A DNA stretch of 64,000 bases from Rhodospirillales bacterium. GTDB taxonomy: Bacteria; Pseudomonadota; Alphaproteobacteria; Rhodospirillales; UBA2165. Location of the stretch: assembly GCA_965207535.1 (NCBI GenBank), contig CBDBMR010000004.1, positions 18,788-82,787 of the forward strand, read 5' to 3'. The position numbers and the translations under genes were made by a program. Shown in pieces: positions 51,916-62,200 of the stretch. The first letter of the stretch is position 1, and each line of letters starts with the position of its first letter. The notes beneath the pieces were generated by a model. It saw only the letters and a list, made by a program, of their open reading frames with translations. It was not told the DNA's origin and did no database searches.

Positions 51916-52956
51916 TTACTTGGCGCAGTCTGGAACCTTGTAGCCTGCTTTTTCCAAGGCGGTAACGGCGCCCGGATGGTATTTTAGGCCGACCGGCCCG
52001 CACATGCTCACGTTGGTGTTGATGCCGGCATGGCCCATGGCTTTGGCGAATGGGGCCTTTTTGTAGAAATCCGGCAAAGATCCCATGAACGCGGTAACTA
52101 GTTTCTCGGCCAGATCGTTGGACATGCGCTTGTGCACCACGTCACCGCCGGTGATCGAAATGGAGCGATATTTTCCATCCTCGGAGATTAATTTCACATT
52201 GTCGCCGTAGCCGGTGGCTGCTTTATCCAGGATAATCGGCGCATGGCCCGGGCTACGGGAAAAGCCTTGAAATTTCTTGGATTCGAACACCGCTTTAGGC
52301 ACGGAGATCAGATTCATCTTGCCGGCGGATCCAACTACGGTCATCCAGTTGGAGGGAAAGGAACCCGGACGTAACGAAGCGTCGACCGAGCCGTCCAGCA
52401 TCACAGAAGGGGCCTGGGGCCAGGGGACCTGCCGGCCGGTATATTCCTTGCCGTCGGTCATGCCGGTGACAAGGCGGATAATATTGCGGGCGTCATTCAG
52501 CGCGCCGCCTCGGGGCGGGCCATTGTGGACTTTTTTGCCTTTCAGGTCCTGAAAGCTGTCAATACCGGAACTCTGGTAGGCAACCAGGTGGTAACTGCCC
52601 AGGAAGTAGGGGAAGAGCAAACGCAGGTTGCCGGCCAGTTCAGCACCCTTGTCCTTGCCCAGTCCGCCATACATGGCCAACCCCTTCTTCATCAAAAGGA
52701 CCAGGATCATCGGTGCGACGGTAATGTCGGTATTGCCCGACCCCACCTTTTGCACGGAGTTGGAGAGTGTCTGACCTGCGTTGATCTGAAGATTGGCGAT
52801 GTTGCTCGCACTGGCCACGGCGGCCAGGTGGGACGTTGTCAGATGCGGAGCGTCACCGGGCGAGCCCGTATCCGCGGTCAGTTTGACTTGAGACAGGGCC
52901 GGTGTGGCCATCAATGATGCGGCTATTGCAAAGGAAAACACTTTGGAATTGAGCAT
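51916..52956 (-). CDS. TAXI-family TRAP solute-binding protein
   Basis: The ATG at 52956 is preceded by GGGAGG. It has a signal peptide. GSPGDAPHLTTSHLAAV...GNTDITVAPM...YFLGSYHLVAY. Confidence 0.75.
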   Translation of the reverse strand: MLNSKVFSFAIAASLMATPALSQVKLTADTGSPGDAPHLTTSHLAAVASASNIANLQINAGQTLSNSVQKVGSGNTDITVAPMILVLLMKKGLAMYGGLGKDKGAELAGNLRLLFPYFLGSYHLVAYQSSGIDSFQDLKGKKVHNGPPRGGALNDARNIIRLVTGMTDGKEYTGRQVPWPQAPSVMLDGSVDASLRPGSFPSNWMTVVGSAGKMNLISVPKAVFESKKFQGFSRSPGHAPIILDKAATGYGDNVKLISEDGKYRSISITGGDVVHKRMSNDLAEKLVTAFMGSLPDFYKKAPFAKAMGHAGINTNVSMCGPVGLKYHPGAVTALEKAGYKVPDCAK

Positions 52957-53100
52957 GAATCGCCTCCCGTTGTATTGCTTGGCTTCTACTGGATCAAAAT
53001 TTATTGTTGCATATGCTACAATATTGACCGTACAAGTGCAATAGGCTGCCTGCATCCGTCTCAAGTATTTGCAAAACCGAAATTTCGAGGCCTGAACACG

Positions 53101-53568
53101 ATGACATCCACGTTGGTACCCGAGATGGAAATCGACGACATCCTGAATGTCAGAATTGTTCGGCTTGCCGCAAAGCTATCCCTTGCCTTCCAGCGGGAGG
53201 CCCTCGTCCCCGCGGGTCTGACGTTACAGGAATGGCGTCTGATATTTGGTTTGGCGCAGTTTGGGGACTCCCATCTCCGTGGAATTTCCCGCTTGATTCA
53301 GCTGCATGCGGCACATACCAGCCGCGTCGCTCAGCAGCTTGAAGCAAAAAATTTCCTGCGGAGGTCATCCGACCCCAATGACAGCCGCAAGATTCTGCTG
53401 TCTCTCACCGAGGAAGGGCGAGACATGTTCTTCGATGTTTGGCCCAAAGCCTATGATTTCAGCATGCGTCAGAAAGAGGCTTTGGGAGCGGAGAAGTTCG
53501 CCATGCTGAAGGGTATCCTCGACGATCTTAAAGGCTACGCCGATGAGTCGTTGGAGGTGGAGTATTAG
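53101..53568 (+). CDS. MarR-family transcriptional regulator
   Basis: LTLQEWRLIFGLAQFGDSHLRGISRLIQLHAAHTSRVAQQLEAKNFLRRSSDPNDSRKILLSLTEEG is a winged-HTH pattern. Confidence 0.8.
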   Translation: MTSTLVPEMEIDDILNVRIVRLAAKLSLAFQREALVPAGLTLQEWRLIFGLAQFGDSHLRGISRLIQLHAAHTSRVAQQLEAKNFLRRSSDPNDSRKILLSLTEEGRDMFFDVWPKAYDFSMRQKEALGAEKFAMLKGILDDLKGYADESLEVEY

Positions 53569-53703
53569 GCAGTTAAGCCTTACCCCACTATCACGGTTTC
53601 GATTTTCAAGGCTGATCCACCGCCCTCTGGGTAGGCTTTGCAGCTGTCCGCTGTGGGCCGGATAGTTGCACCTGAGCCGATACCGGCGCTCTAGGTTAGG
53701 CGA

Positions 53704-55227
53704 CTAGACGACCTCGACGGCCTGCATCATGCCCAAATCCTCGTGGCGCAGTATGTGGCAATGAATGACGAACTTCCCTCTGAATTTCTTGAAGTTTGTC
53801 CTGAAGATGACCGAGCCGGGTTCGCGGCCCCGCCGAACCGGCAGGGCGATCGTGTCCTGCCAACGGCGCAGCGGGGAGTCGATTGCCAGTTCCACTCCGT
53901 CGATATGGGTCACGAAAAACGGATTCACGTGGATGTGGTAGGGATGTACGCCGTTCGAGTTGTTTCGGACCGTCCATTCCTCCGACTCGCCTAGCTTCAT
54001 GGTTTGCCGAACTTGGCCCGAATAAGCCTCTCCGTCGATCCGAAAACCCGGTCCAAACGTTATGGTTCTCGTTTTCAGTTCGTGACTATCGAAACTCGGT
54101 AGTCCCGGTCCGGGGCCCGGCAGGGTGTCTTCCTCGGACCATTCATGGTCAACCGGGCGGCCCGCGATGCGGACTGCAAGCTGGACCGGCTCGGTATTCG
54201 TCAATACGCCGTCCAAGTGGAGAAAATGGGCTAGGGAGCGCAGCGCCGAAACCATCGTCAGTCCGGTTGCCGCATCGGGGGGAACGCGCACCATGAGGTC
54301 CATGCGATTACCCGGTGACAGGGCCGCCGGGTTCAGCCAAGGCTGTTCGCGTCCGGTGGACAGGACTCTATGGCGTTTCGACAGGGTAATTCCGTCAAAG
54401 GCAATCTGGTGGAGTTCGAGGCTGGGGTTGCTTGAGGAAACGTGAACGAACGAATCCGCCGTCGTTGCCGCATTTATGATGCGCCATCTCTGAACTTCCC
54501 CCGGCCTCATGGTAATTGTCGGATCGGGTTCTCCGCCGCCCGCGGGATCCACCCTGACCAATCCGCGATTGGTGATCATGAAAATCTGCTCGACCGCATT
54601 TTCGATATAGCTCGGCATGGCGCCTGGGCGGTCTTTGACGACCAGGGGACCAAACAACCCGCCACCGACCTGCTGATTTGTCGAACCGTGTTTATGTGCG
54701 TGGTACCAAAACGTTCCGGTGGGATGGTCCGCCGGAATTTCGAAACGATACCTTGTTTCGTATCGGCGAAAATTCGGCGAGTCACAGTTCAGCCTCTGTT
54801 CTCTCGGGACCACCTCAAGGAACATATCGTCGGCATCATACCGGCCGCTGGAATCGGTCGTTGGAGAGACATGCAGACCATGGGTATGGAGGTTCGTCGT
54901 ATTCAGGCCGTGAAAGTTGTTGTGATCGGAAACACAATCGTCGTCGAGAGCAGGAAGACTGTTCGTGAGGTGCACATCCAGCACCTCTCCCGGATTGGTA
55001 TAGATAGTCGGTCCCGGAGATTTTCCGTTGTAGGTATAGCGGCGCCCGGCCCGGCCCACGTCCAAATGAACACCGGCGAAGCCGGATTTCTTGCTTTTTG
55101 CATTTGCCGACGCAACCAAACCATTCGCGCCAAGTGAGCTGGACGCCACGGCGGCACCGAGCGTCGCGCCCGACCATCCCAGTAATTTTCGGCGGCTTAT
55201 CTTCCGGCCGCTTCCTTCGCGCGCCAC
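53704..55227 (-). CDS. Multicopper oxidase with a Tat signal
   Basis: Tat motif: SRRKLLGWSGATLGAAVA. Copper-binding motifs: HTHGLHV, WYHAHKHG, HPYHIHVNPF, HCHILRHEDLGMM. Confidence 0.85.
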   Translation of the reverse strand: MAREGSGRKISRRKLLGWSGATLGAAVASSSLGANGLVASANAKSKKSGFAGVHLDVGRAGRRYTYNGKSPGPTIYTNPGEVLDVHLTNSLPALDDDCVSDHNNFHGLNTTNLHTHGLHVSPTTDSSGRYDADDMFLEVVPREQRLNCDSPNFRRYETRYRFEIPADHPTGTFWYHAHKHGSTNQQVGGGLFGPLVVKDRPGAMPSYIENAVEQIFMITNRGLVRVDPAGGGEPDPTITMRPGEVQRWRIINAATTADSFVHVSSSNPSLELHQIAFDGITLSKRHRVLSTGREQPWLNPAALSPGNRMDLMVRVPPDAATGLTMVSALRSLAHFLHLDGVLTNTEPVQLAVRIAGRPVDHEWSEEDTLPGPGPGLPSFDSHELKTRTITFGPGFRIDGEAYSGQVRQTMKLGESEEWTVRNNSNGVHPYHIHVNPFFVTHIDGVELAIDSPLRRWQDTIALPVRRGREPGSVIFRTNFKKFRGKFVIHCHILRHEDLGMMQAVEVV

Positions 55228-55475
55228 GTTGTCAATTCCCGACTTTTCCGCGTGACATACCTGAACCGTTTCCGCTCAAACGACGCCAATTCGAAATTCC
55301 GTCGCCTGCCCGATGACCCGGAATGATGTGCATCTCTCCCCGGGGATCGAAGCATTCATCGACCAGGTGAGAGTTTCGGGCCGCCAAATCGGCCGGGCTT
55401 CGAAGTCCGGCGTATGGCCGAACACCGAGCGATTGCCGCCTCCACCTTGATATATCTCCGAGGTTGAATCCAAGT

Positions 55476-56174
55476 TCAGATGCCCGGATCGTCGGTGAGC
55501 GGGTTGGGTTTCGCCAGCACGCGAAGATCCGGCACTTTTGTCAGGCTGATTTTGGCGCCGTCCACGATCACGCCGTAGGGTGCCAGCGTGTTGAACGCCC
55601 TCGATAGATTTTCCGGGGTCATACCAAGCAGGGCGGCAAGCGTCTTCTTGTCGATTGCGAGATTGACGATGCCGGTCGTTCCCTGCTGTTCATATTCATG
55701 GAGCAGATAGTTGGCGAGCCGCTCCACCGAGGTGCGCAGCTTTTGGTTCTTCAGCGATTTCACCATGTCGCGATAGCGGATCGACAGTTCCTGAACGATT
55801 GACCGCGCGAACTCGGCGTCGCGTTCGAAGACCGCGCGGGCATTTTCCGAGGGGATCATGAGAATTCGCGACGGGGCCAGTGTCCGTGCCGACATGAGAT
55901 GGGGCGCATCACGGAGCACGGCGGCGAGAATGAACGTGGCCACCGGTTGAATGATGGCCAGTGTCGTTTCGCGGCCGTTGTCATGGGCAAACAATTCAAC
56001 GCTGCCTTCGACCACCACATGGAGAAAGTCGGCGGCGTCGCCCTCGGCGATGAGTTCAACCTGTGGCGGGAACCGCTGCAGGTACGCCGCCTGCATGATT
56101 TCCTCAAAGTTGTCCTCGGCCATCCCGGCGAACAGCTCAAGCTCCCGAATCACCGGCAAATCATCTGGTCGCAA
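55476..56174 (-). CDS. Crp/Fnr-family regulator, Dnr/NnrR-type (no N-terminal Cys cluster)
   Basis: It has a cNMP-binding-like barrel and a C-terminal HTH (KKTLAALLGMTPENLSRAFNTL). It is divergent from narK. Confidence 0.8.
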   Translation of the reverse strand: MRPDDLPVIRELELFAGMAEDNFEEIMQAAYLQRFPPQVELIAEGDAADFLHVVVEGSVELFAHDNGRETTLAIIQPVATFILAAVLRDAPHLMSARTLAPSRILMIPSENARAVFERDAEFARSIVQELSIRYRDMVKSLKNQKLRTSVERLANYLLHEYEQQGTTGIVNLAIDKKTLAALLGMTPENLSRAFNTLAPYGVIVDGAKISLTKVPDLRVLAKPNPLTDDPGI

Positions 56175-56206
56175 CCTGTGCCTCCCCTACGCGGCAAGCG
56201 GCTTCT

Positions 56207-56220
56207 TGACAATTATCAAA
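56207..56220. promoter_or_regulatory. FNR/Dnr-type box TTGAC-N4-ATCAA
   Basis: ttgacaattatcaa lies in the divergent dnr-like/narK intergenic region. Confidence 0.6.
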
Positions 56221-56319
56221 CAGCTTTTCAGAAAACCGAACCGGTCACAACAGCTCGATCAATCGGCAACTAAACAATTGATTCGACGACACTTATTTTA
56301 TCGTCGGCAGCCCTGATCC

Positions 56320-56333
56320 TTGACCGCCGTCAA
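56320..56333. promoter_or_regulatory. FNR/Dnr-type box TTGAC-N4-GTCAA
   Basis: ttgaccgccgtcaa lies about 50 nt upstream of the narK1 start. Confidence 0.55.
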
Positions 56334-56380
56334 GTTCATCTCGTCCCGCCTCGTTCAATGTCGACCCGTTCAGTCCGCTG

Positions 56381-57802
56381 ATGGCGTCAAAGAGGGGCAA
56401 GGCGATGAATGAACTGGATGGGGTGAGCGGCTCGGCACAGAACCGTATTCTCGGGATGAGCACACTGGCTTTCACCGTGTGCTTCGCGGTGTGGACGATC
56501 TTTTCCATCATCGGCGTGAAGATCAAACAGGACCTTGGGCTGTCCGATACGGAATTCGGTTTGCTTGTCGGCACGCCGATCCTGACCGGCTCCCTCAGCC
56601 GGATTTTCCTGGGCATCTGGACCGATCAATATGGCGGCCGGATCGTTTATTTCCTCACGATGGTGTCCGCGGCCGCGGCCACCTTCCTGCTGTCCTTCGC
56701 GACGACCTACGAACTCATGCTCGTGGCCGCCCTGGGCGTAGGACTGGCCGGCGGCTCGTTTGCCGTCGGTATTGCCTACGTTTCCAAATGGTACCCGCCC
56801 GACAGGCAGGGAACCGCCCTCGGCATTTTCGGCGCCGGCAACGTCGGTGCGGCGGTCACCAAGTTTACCGCGCCCTTCGTCCTGGTGGCGTTCGGGTGGG
56901 AGATGGTCGCCCAGGTATGGGCCGCCGCCCTGGTGGTCATGGCGGTCGTGTTCTGGTTCACCACCAACGATGACCCGGAGCTCGCGTCGCGGAAGCAAAC
57001 AGGGGAAAAGGCCCGAAGCGCTTTTCTGCAGCTCGATCCGCTGAAGTATCAGCAGGTCTGGCGCTTCGCGATCTACTACTTCTTCGTCTTCGGGGCCTTC
57101 GTCGCGCTGGCCCTCTGGCTGCCGCGCTATCTGGTTGGCGTCTACGGACTGGACATCAAGACGGCCGGTATCCTGGCGGCGTTCTATTCGGTGCCGGCGA
57201 GTATCTTCCGGGCCTACGGCGGTCACCTTTCCGACAAATACGGCGCCCGGACAATCATGTACTGGACATTCGGCGTCTCGGCGGTGTGCTGCTTCCTGCT
57301 GTCCTATCCGGACACCGACTATGTCGTGCGAGGGATCGAGGGTCCCATTGGCTTCACCATCAATATGAACCTGGTCCCGTTCGTCGTGCTGGTCTTTGTC
57401 CTTGGGTTCTTCATGAGCCTCGGCAAGGCGGCGGTCTATAAGCATATCCCGGTCTACTATCCCGACCATGTCGGATCGGTAGGCGGCCTTGTCGGCATGA
57501 TCGGCGGCCTCGGCGGTTTCGTGCTGCCCATCGCCTTCGGCCTGATGAATGACCTTACCGGCGTCTGGACCAGCTGCTTCATGCTGCTGTTCATTTTGGT
57601 CGCCACCGCGTTCGTCTGGATGCACGGCGCCATCCTGCACATGGAGAAGAAGGCCACGGTGGCGCAGCGCGCCGGCCTGCCGCAACTTCCCGAGCTCGCT
57701 CACGTCCACCGGCCGGAGCACGAGGGCGCGCTGGGGCCACGGGGCGCCGAGCCGGGAGATCCGCCTTCCGGCCTGACCAACCGGCCCACCCCGGCGCAGT
57801 AA
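56381..57802 (+). CDS. narK: MFS nitrate/nitrite transporter (NarK1-type)
   Basis: 12-TM MFS protein. GLLVGTPILTGSLSRIFLGIWTDQYGGR is the NNP signature region. Confidence 0.85.
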   Translation: MASKRGKAMNELDGVSGSAQNRILGMSTLAFTVCFAVWTIFSIIGVKIKQDLGLSDTEFGLLVGTPILTGSLSRIFLGIWTDQYGGRIVYFLTMVSAAAATFLLSFATTYELMLVAALGVGLAGGSFAVGIAYVSKWYPPDRQGTALGIFGAGNVGAAVTKFTAPFVLVAFGWEMVAQVWAAALVVMAVVFWFTTNDDPELASRKQTGEKARSAFLQLDPLKYQQVWRFAIYYFFVFGAFVALALWLPRYLVGVYGLDIKTAGILAAFYSVPASIFRAYGGHLSDKYGARTIMYWTFGVSAVCCFLLSYPDTDYVVRGIEGPIGFTINMNLVPFVVLVFVLGFFMSLGKAAVYKHIPVYYPDHVGSVGGLVGMIGGLGGFVLPIAFGLMNDLTGVWTSCFMLLFILVATAFVWMHGAILHMEKKATVAQRAGLPQLPELAHVHRPEHEGALGPRGAEPGDPPSGLTNRPTPAQ

Positions 57803-57841
57803 TCCGGACGGCACCCGCAAACGCATGGAGGAGCGGACGAG

Positions 57842-59236
57842 ATGAGCACAGCAGACCAGACCGGGGGACGGCAGGGACATACGTTGACCGATTGGCGGCC
57901 CGACGATCCGGAATTCTGGAAATTCTCCGGCCGTAGGATCGCGTCCAAGAATCTCTGGATATCCATCCCGTGCCTGCTCCTGGCCTTTTCGGTGTGGCTG
58001 GTGTGGAGCGTGGTGGTCGCCAAGCTGCCGTCCATCGGTTTTGCGTACAACACCAACCAGCTGTTCTGGCTCGCCGCGCTGCCGGGTCTATCCGGTGCGA
58101 CGCTCCGCATTTTCTATTCCTTCATGGTGCCGATATTCGGCGGCCGGCTGTGGACGGCGCTGTCCACGGCCTCCCTCCTGATCCCGGCGGTGGGCATCGG
58201 CTTTGCCGTGCAGAACCCGGACACGCCCTATGTGCTGTTCCTGGCGCTCGCCTTGCTGTGCGGATTGGGCGGCGGCAATTTCGCCTCGTCAATGGCCAAT
58301 ATCAGCTTCTTCTATCCCAAGTCGGAAAAGGGCCATGCGTTGGCGATGAACGCCGGGCTCGGCAATGCCGGCGTGAGCGTCATGCAATTCGCCGTGCCGC
58401 TGGCCATCACCGCCGGCGTGTTTGGCGCCATGGGCGGCGAACCGCAGACCGCTACGGACGGAACCAAGCTGTGGCTGCAGAATGCCGGCTTCGTTTGGGT
58501 GCCGTTCCTTTTGATCACGTCCATCGCCGCCTGGTTTGGAATGGACAACATCGAAAGCGCCCGAGCCTCATTCAAGGAGCAGTCGATCATCTTCAAACGG
58601 AAGCACAACTGGATCATGTGCGTTCTGTACACCGGGACCTTCGGTTCGTTCATCGGCTATTCGGCGGGATTTCCGCTTCTCGCGAAGACCCAATTTCCCG
58701 AGGTCAACTCATTACAGTTCGTGTTCCTGGGACCGCTGATCGGCGCGCTCAGCCGGGCCGCCACCGGATGGGTGTCGGACAAGTATGGCGGCGGACGGGT
58801 TACCTTCTGGACGTTTTTGGTGATGATTTTGGCCGTTGGCGGGGTGTTGTTCTTCCTCGGCATCAAGGAGACGCCGGGTGCCTTCTGGGGCTTTTTCGCC
58901 ATGTTCATGGTGCTGTTCTTCGCCACCGGCGTCGGCAACGCCTCCACCTTCCAGATGATCCCGATGATCATGGGCCAGGAGGTCGGCCGGCTGATGCCCG
59001 ATAAGCAGGGAACCGAGTTCCAGCGGCAGGCCGACCGGGAGTCGGCGGCGATCATCGCCTTCACCTCGGCTATCGCAGCCTATGGCGCGTTCTTCATTCC
59101 CAAGGCGTATGGCACGTCCATCACGCTCTCCGGCGGCCCCGAGCTCGCGCTCTGGGTATTCATGACCTTCTACGCCGTCTGTGTGGTCATCACCTGGTTC
59201 TATTACACAAGGCGCAACGCGCCGGTTCCGTGCTGA
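57842..59236 (+). CDS. narK: MFS nitrate/nitrite antiporter (NarK2-type)
   Basis: WRPDDPEFW opening. LSGATLRIFYSFMVPIFGGR. Located directly upstream of narG. Confidence 0.85.
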   Translation: MSTADQTGGRQGHTLTDWRPDDPEFWKFSGRRIASKNLWISIPCLLLAFSVWLVWSVVVAKLPSIGFAYNTNQLFWLAALPGLSGATLRIFYSFMVPIFGGRLWTALSTASLLIPAVGIGFAVQNPDTPYVLFLALALLCGLGGGNFASSMANISFFYPKSEKGHALAMNAGLGNAGVSVMQFAVPLAITAGVFGAMGGEPQTATDGTKLWLQNAGFVWVPFLLITSIAAWFGMDNIESARASFKEQSIIFKRKHNWIMCVLYTGTFGSFIGYSAGFPLLAKTQFPEVNSLQFVFLGPLIGALSRAATGWVSDKYGGGRVTFWTFLVMILAVGGVLFFLGIKETPGAFWGFFAMFMVLFFATGVGNASTFQMIPMIMGQEVGRLMPDKQGTEFQRQADRESAAIIAFTSAIAAYGAFFIPKAYGTSITLSGGPELALWVFMTFYAVCVVITWFYYTRRNAPVPC

Positions 59237-59256
59237 GCGGAAGGAGGAGAAAAACC

Positions 59257-62200
59257 ATGAGCCATCTTCTGGACCGACTGAATTTCTTCAAACCGGCCAA
59301 CGTCGGCAAGTTCGCCGATGGTCACGGGGTGACCCGGCGCGAAAACCGGGATTGGGAGGACGGATACCGAAGCCGTTGGCAGCACGACAAGATCGTCCGT
59401 TCCACCCACGGCGCCAACTGCACGGGCTCGTGTTCCTGGAAGATCTATGTGAAGGGCGGCATCGTTACCTGGGAAACCCAGCAGACCGATTATCCCCGCA
59501 CTCGCCCGGACTTGCCCAACCACGAGCCTCGCGGCTGTTCCCGGGGGGCCAGCTACTCCTGGTACCTCTATTCCGGCAACCGGGTGAAATACCCGCTTGT
59601 CCGCTCCCGGCTGATCAAGCTGTGGCGCGAAGCCCGCGCGGTCCAAACCCCCGTGGCCGCGTGGGCATCCATTGTCGAGAACCCCGAGAAGCGTGCCGCC
59701 TATACGAAAAAGCGCGGCCTCGGCGGGTTCGTCCGCTCGTCGTGGGATGAGGTGAACGAGATCATTGCCGCGGCAAATGCCTATACGGCGAAAACCTACG
59801 GACCCGACCGGGTGATCGGTTTCTCGCCGATCCCGGCCATGTCCATGGTTTCCTACGCCGCGGGGTCGCGGTACCTGTCTCTCATGGGCGGCGTCTGCAT
59901 GTCGTTTTACGACTGGTACTGCGATTTGCCGCCGGCCTCGCCGCAGACCTGGGGTGAGCAGACGGACGTTCCCGAAAGCGCGGACTGGTACAATTCCGGG
60001 TTCCTCATGCTATGGGGGTCCAACGTCCCGCAGACCCGAACCCCAGACGCCCACTTCTATACCGAGGCGCGATACAACGGCACCCAATCGGTGGTCGTCA
60101 GCCCGGATTACTCGGAGGCGTCCAAGTTCGCCGATTTGTGGCTGCATCCCAAGCAAGGCACCGATTCGGCCCTCGCCATGGCCATGGGACACGTCATCTT
60201 GCGCGAGTTCCATCTCGACCGCCAGGTGCCGTACTTCGAGGACTACGCCCGTCAGTACACCGACATGCCCATGCTGGTGCGGCTGGTTGAAAAGGACGGT
60301 CACTACGTGCCCGACCGGATGCTCCGGGCATCCGACTTCGCCGACGGCTTGGGCGAGACGACCAACGCCGAATGGAAGACCGTCGGCATCGACGCAAAAA
60401 GCGGGGAGCCCGTGGCGCCCCGAGGCTCGGTCGGCTTCCGTTGGGATGAGCCGGGCAAGTGGAACTTGGAGGAAAAGGACGCCGCCGGTCGGAATACCCG
60501 ACTGAGCCTGACCTTCATCATGGAAGAGGACCACGATGGTGTGGTCGAGGTTGGTTTCCCCTATTTCGGCAATCGCGAACACGACGTGTTCAAGGGTACC
60601 GACCATCCTGACGTGCTCTATCGCCGGCTGCCGGCAAAAGAGGTCGCGCTCAAGGACGGCAAGGCGCTGGCCGCAACCGTGTTCGACCTGTTTGTCGCCA
60701 ACTACGGTCTCGACCGGGGCCTCGAGGGCCAACATGTCGCCACCGGCTACGAGGACGATGTTCCCTACACGCCGGCCTGGGCGGAAGCGATCACCGGCGT
60801 TCCGGCGGCGCAGATCATCTCGGTCGCCCGCGCCTTTGCCGACAATGCCGAGAAGACCAACGGCAAGTCCATGGTCATCCTCGGGGCAGGTCTCAACCAC
60901 TGGTATCACATGGACATGAACTACCGGGGCATCATCAATCTCTTGGTGATGTGCGGGTGCGTCGGCCAATCGGGGGGCGGCTGGTCCCATTATGTGGGGC
61001 AGGAAAAGCTCCGGCCCCAGACCGGCTGGTTGCCGTTGGCCTTCGCCCTCGATTGGGGGCGACCGCCCCGGCATATGAACTCCACGTCCTTCTGGTACGC
61101 GCACACGGACCAGTGGCGCTACGAGACTTTGGGGGTCGACGAAATCATCTCCCCGACGGCCCCCGAGGGACCGTGGGACGGGGCGCTGATCGACTACAAC
61201 GTCCGCGCCGAGCGCATGGGCTGGCTGCCGTCGGCGCCCCAGCTCAAGGGCAATTCGCTCAACATCGCCGACGAGGCCGCCGAGGCCGGCAAGGAGCCCA
61301 AGGAGTACGTGGTCGATGCGCTGCGTTCGGGCGAATTGCAGATGTCCTGCGAGGACCCGGACGATCCCGCCAACTGGCCCCGCAATCTCTTCGTCTGGCG
61401 ATCCAACCTGTTGGGGTCATCGGGCAAGGGGCACGAATATTTCCTCAAGCATCTGCTCGGAACCTCCCACGGGGTGATGAACAAGGATCTCGGCGAACAG
61501 GGAGGCGCCAAACCCAACGACGTGACCTGGCACGACGAAGCGCCGGAAGGAAAACTGGATCTTCTCGTGACCCTCGACTTCCGGATGTCCACCACCTGCG
61601 TCTATTCGGACATCGTTTTGCCGACGGCCACTTGGTACGAGAAAAACGACCTCAACACCTCCGACATGCATCCGTTTATCCATCCGCTGACGGGCGCGGT
61701 GGATCCGGTTTGGGAATGCCGTTCGGATTGGGACATCTACAAGGGGATCGCCGAGAAATTCTCCGAGGTGGCGCCCGAGGTCCTGGGGGTCGAGAAGGAC
61801 GTGGTCATGGTGCCGATCCAGCACGACACGCCGGCGGAGATCGCTCAGGCCCTCGACGTGAAGGAATGGAAGAAGGGGGAGGTCGATCCCATCCCCGGCA
61901 AGACCATGCCCCAAATCGCCGTGATCGAGCGGGACTATCCGAACCTCTACAAGCGGTTTACGGCGCTGGGACCCCTGATGACCGAACTCGGCAACGGCGG
62001 CAAGGGGATCAACTGGAACACCGCCCGCGAGGTGGAGAACCTGGCAGGCCTCAATGGGGTTGTGACCGAGGAAGGTCCGACCAAGGGCATGCCCCGGATC
62101 GAAAGCGACATCGACGCCACCGAGGTGATCCTCATGTTGGCGCCCGAAACCAACGGCGAGGTTGCCGTGAAGGCGTGGGAGGCATTGTCCAAGAATACCG

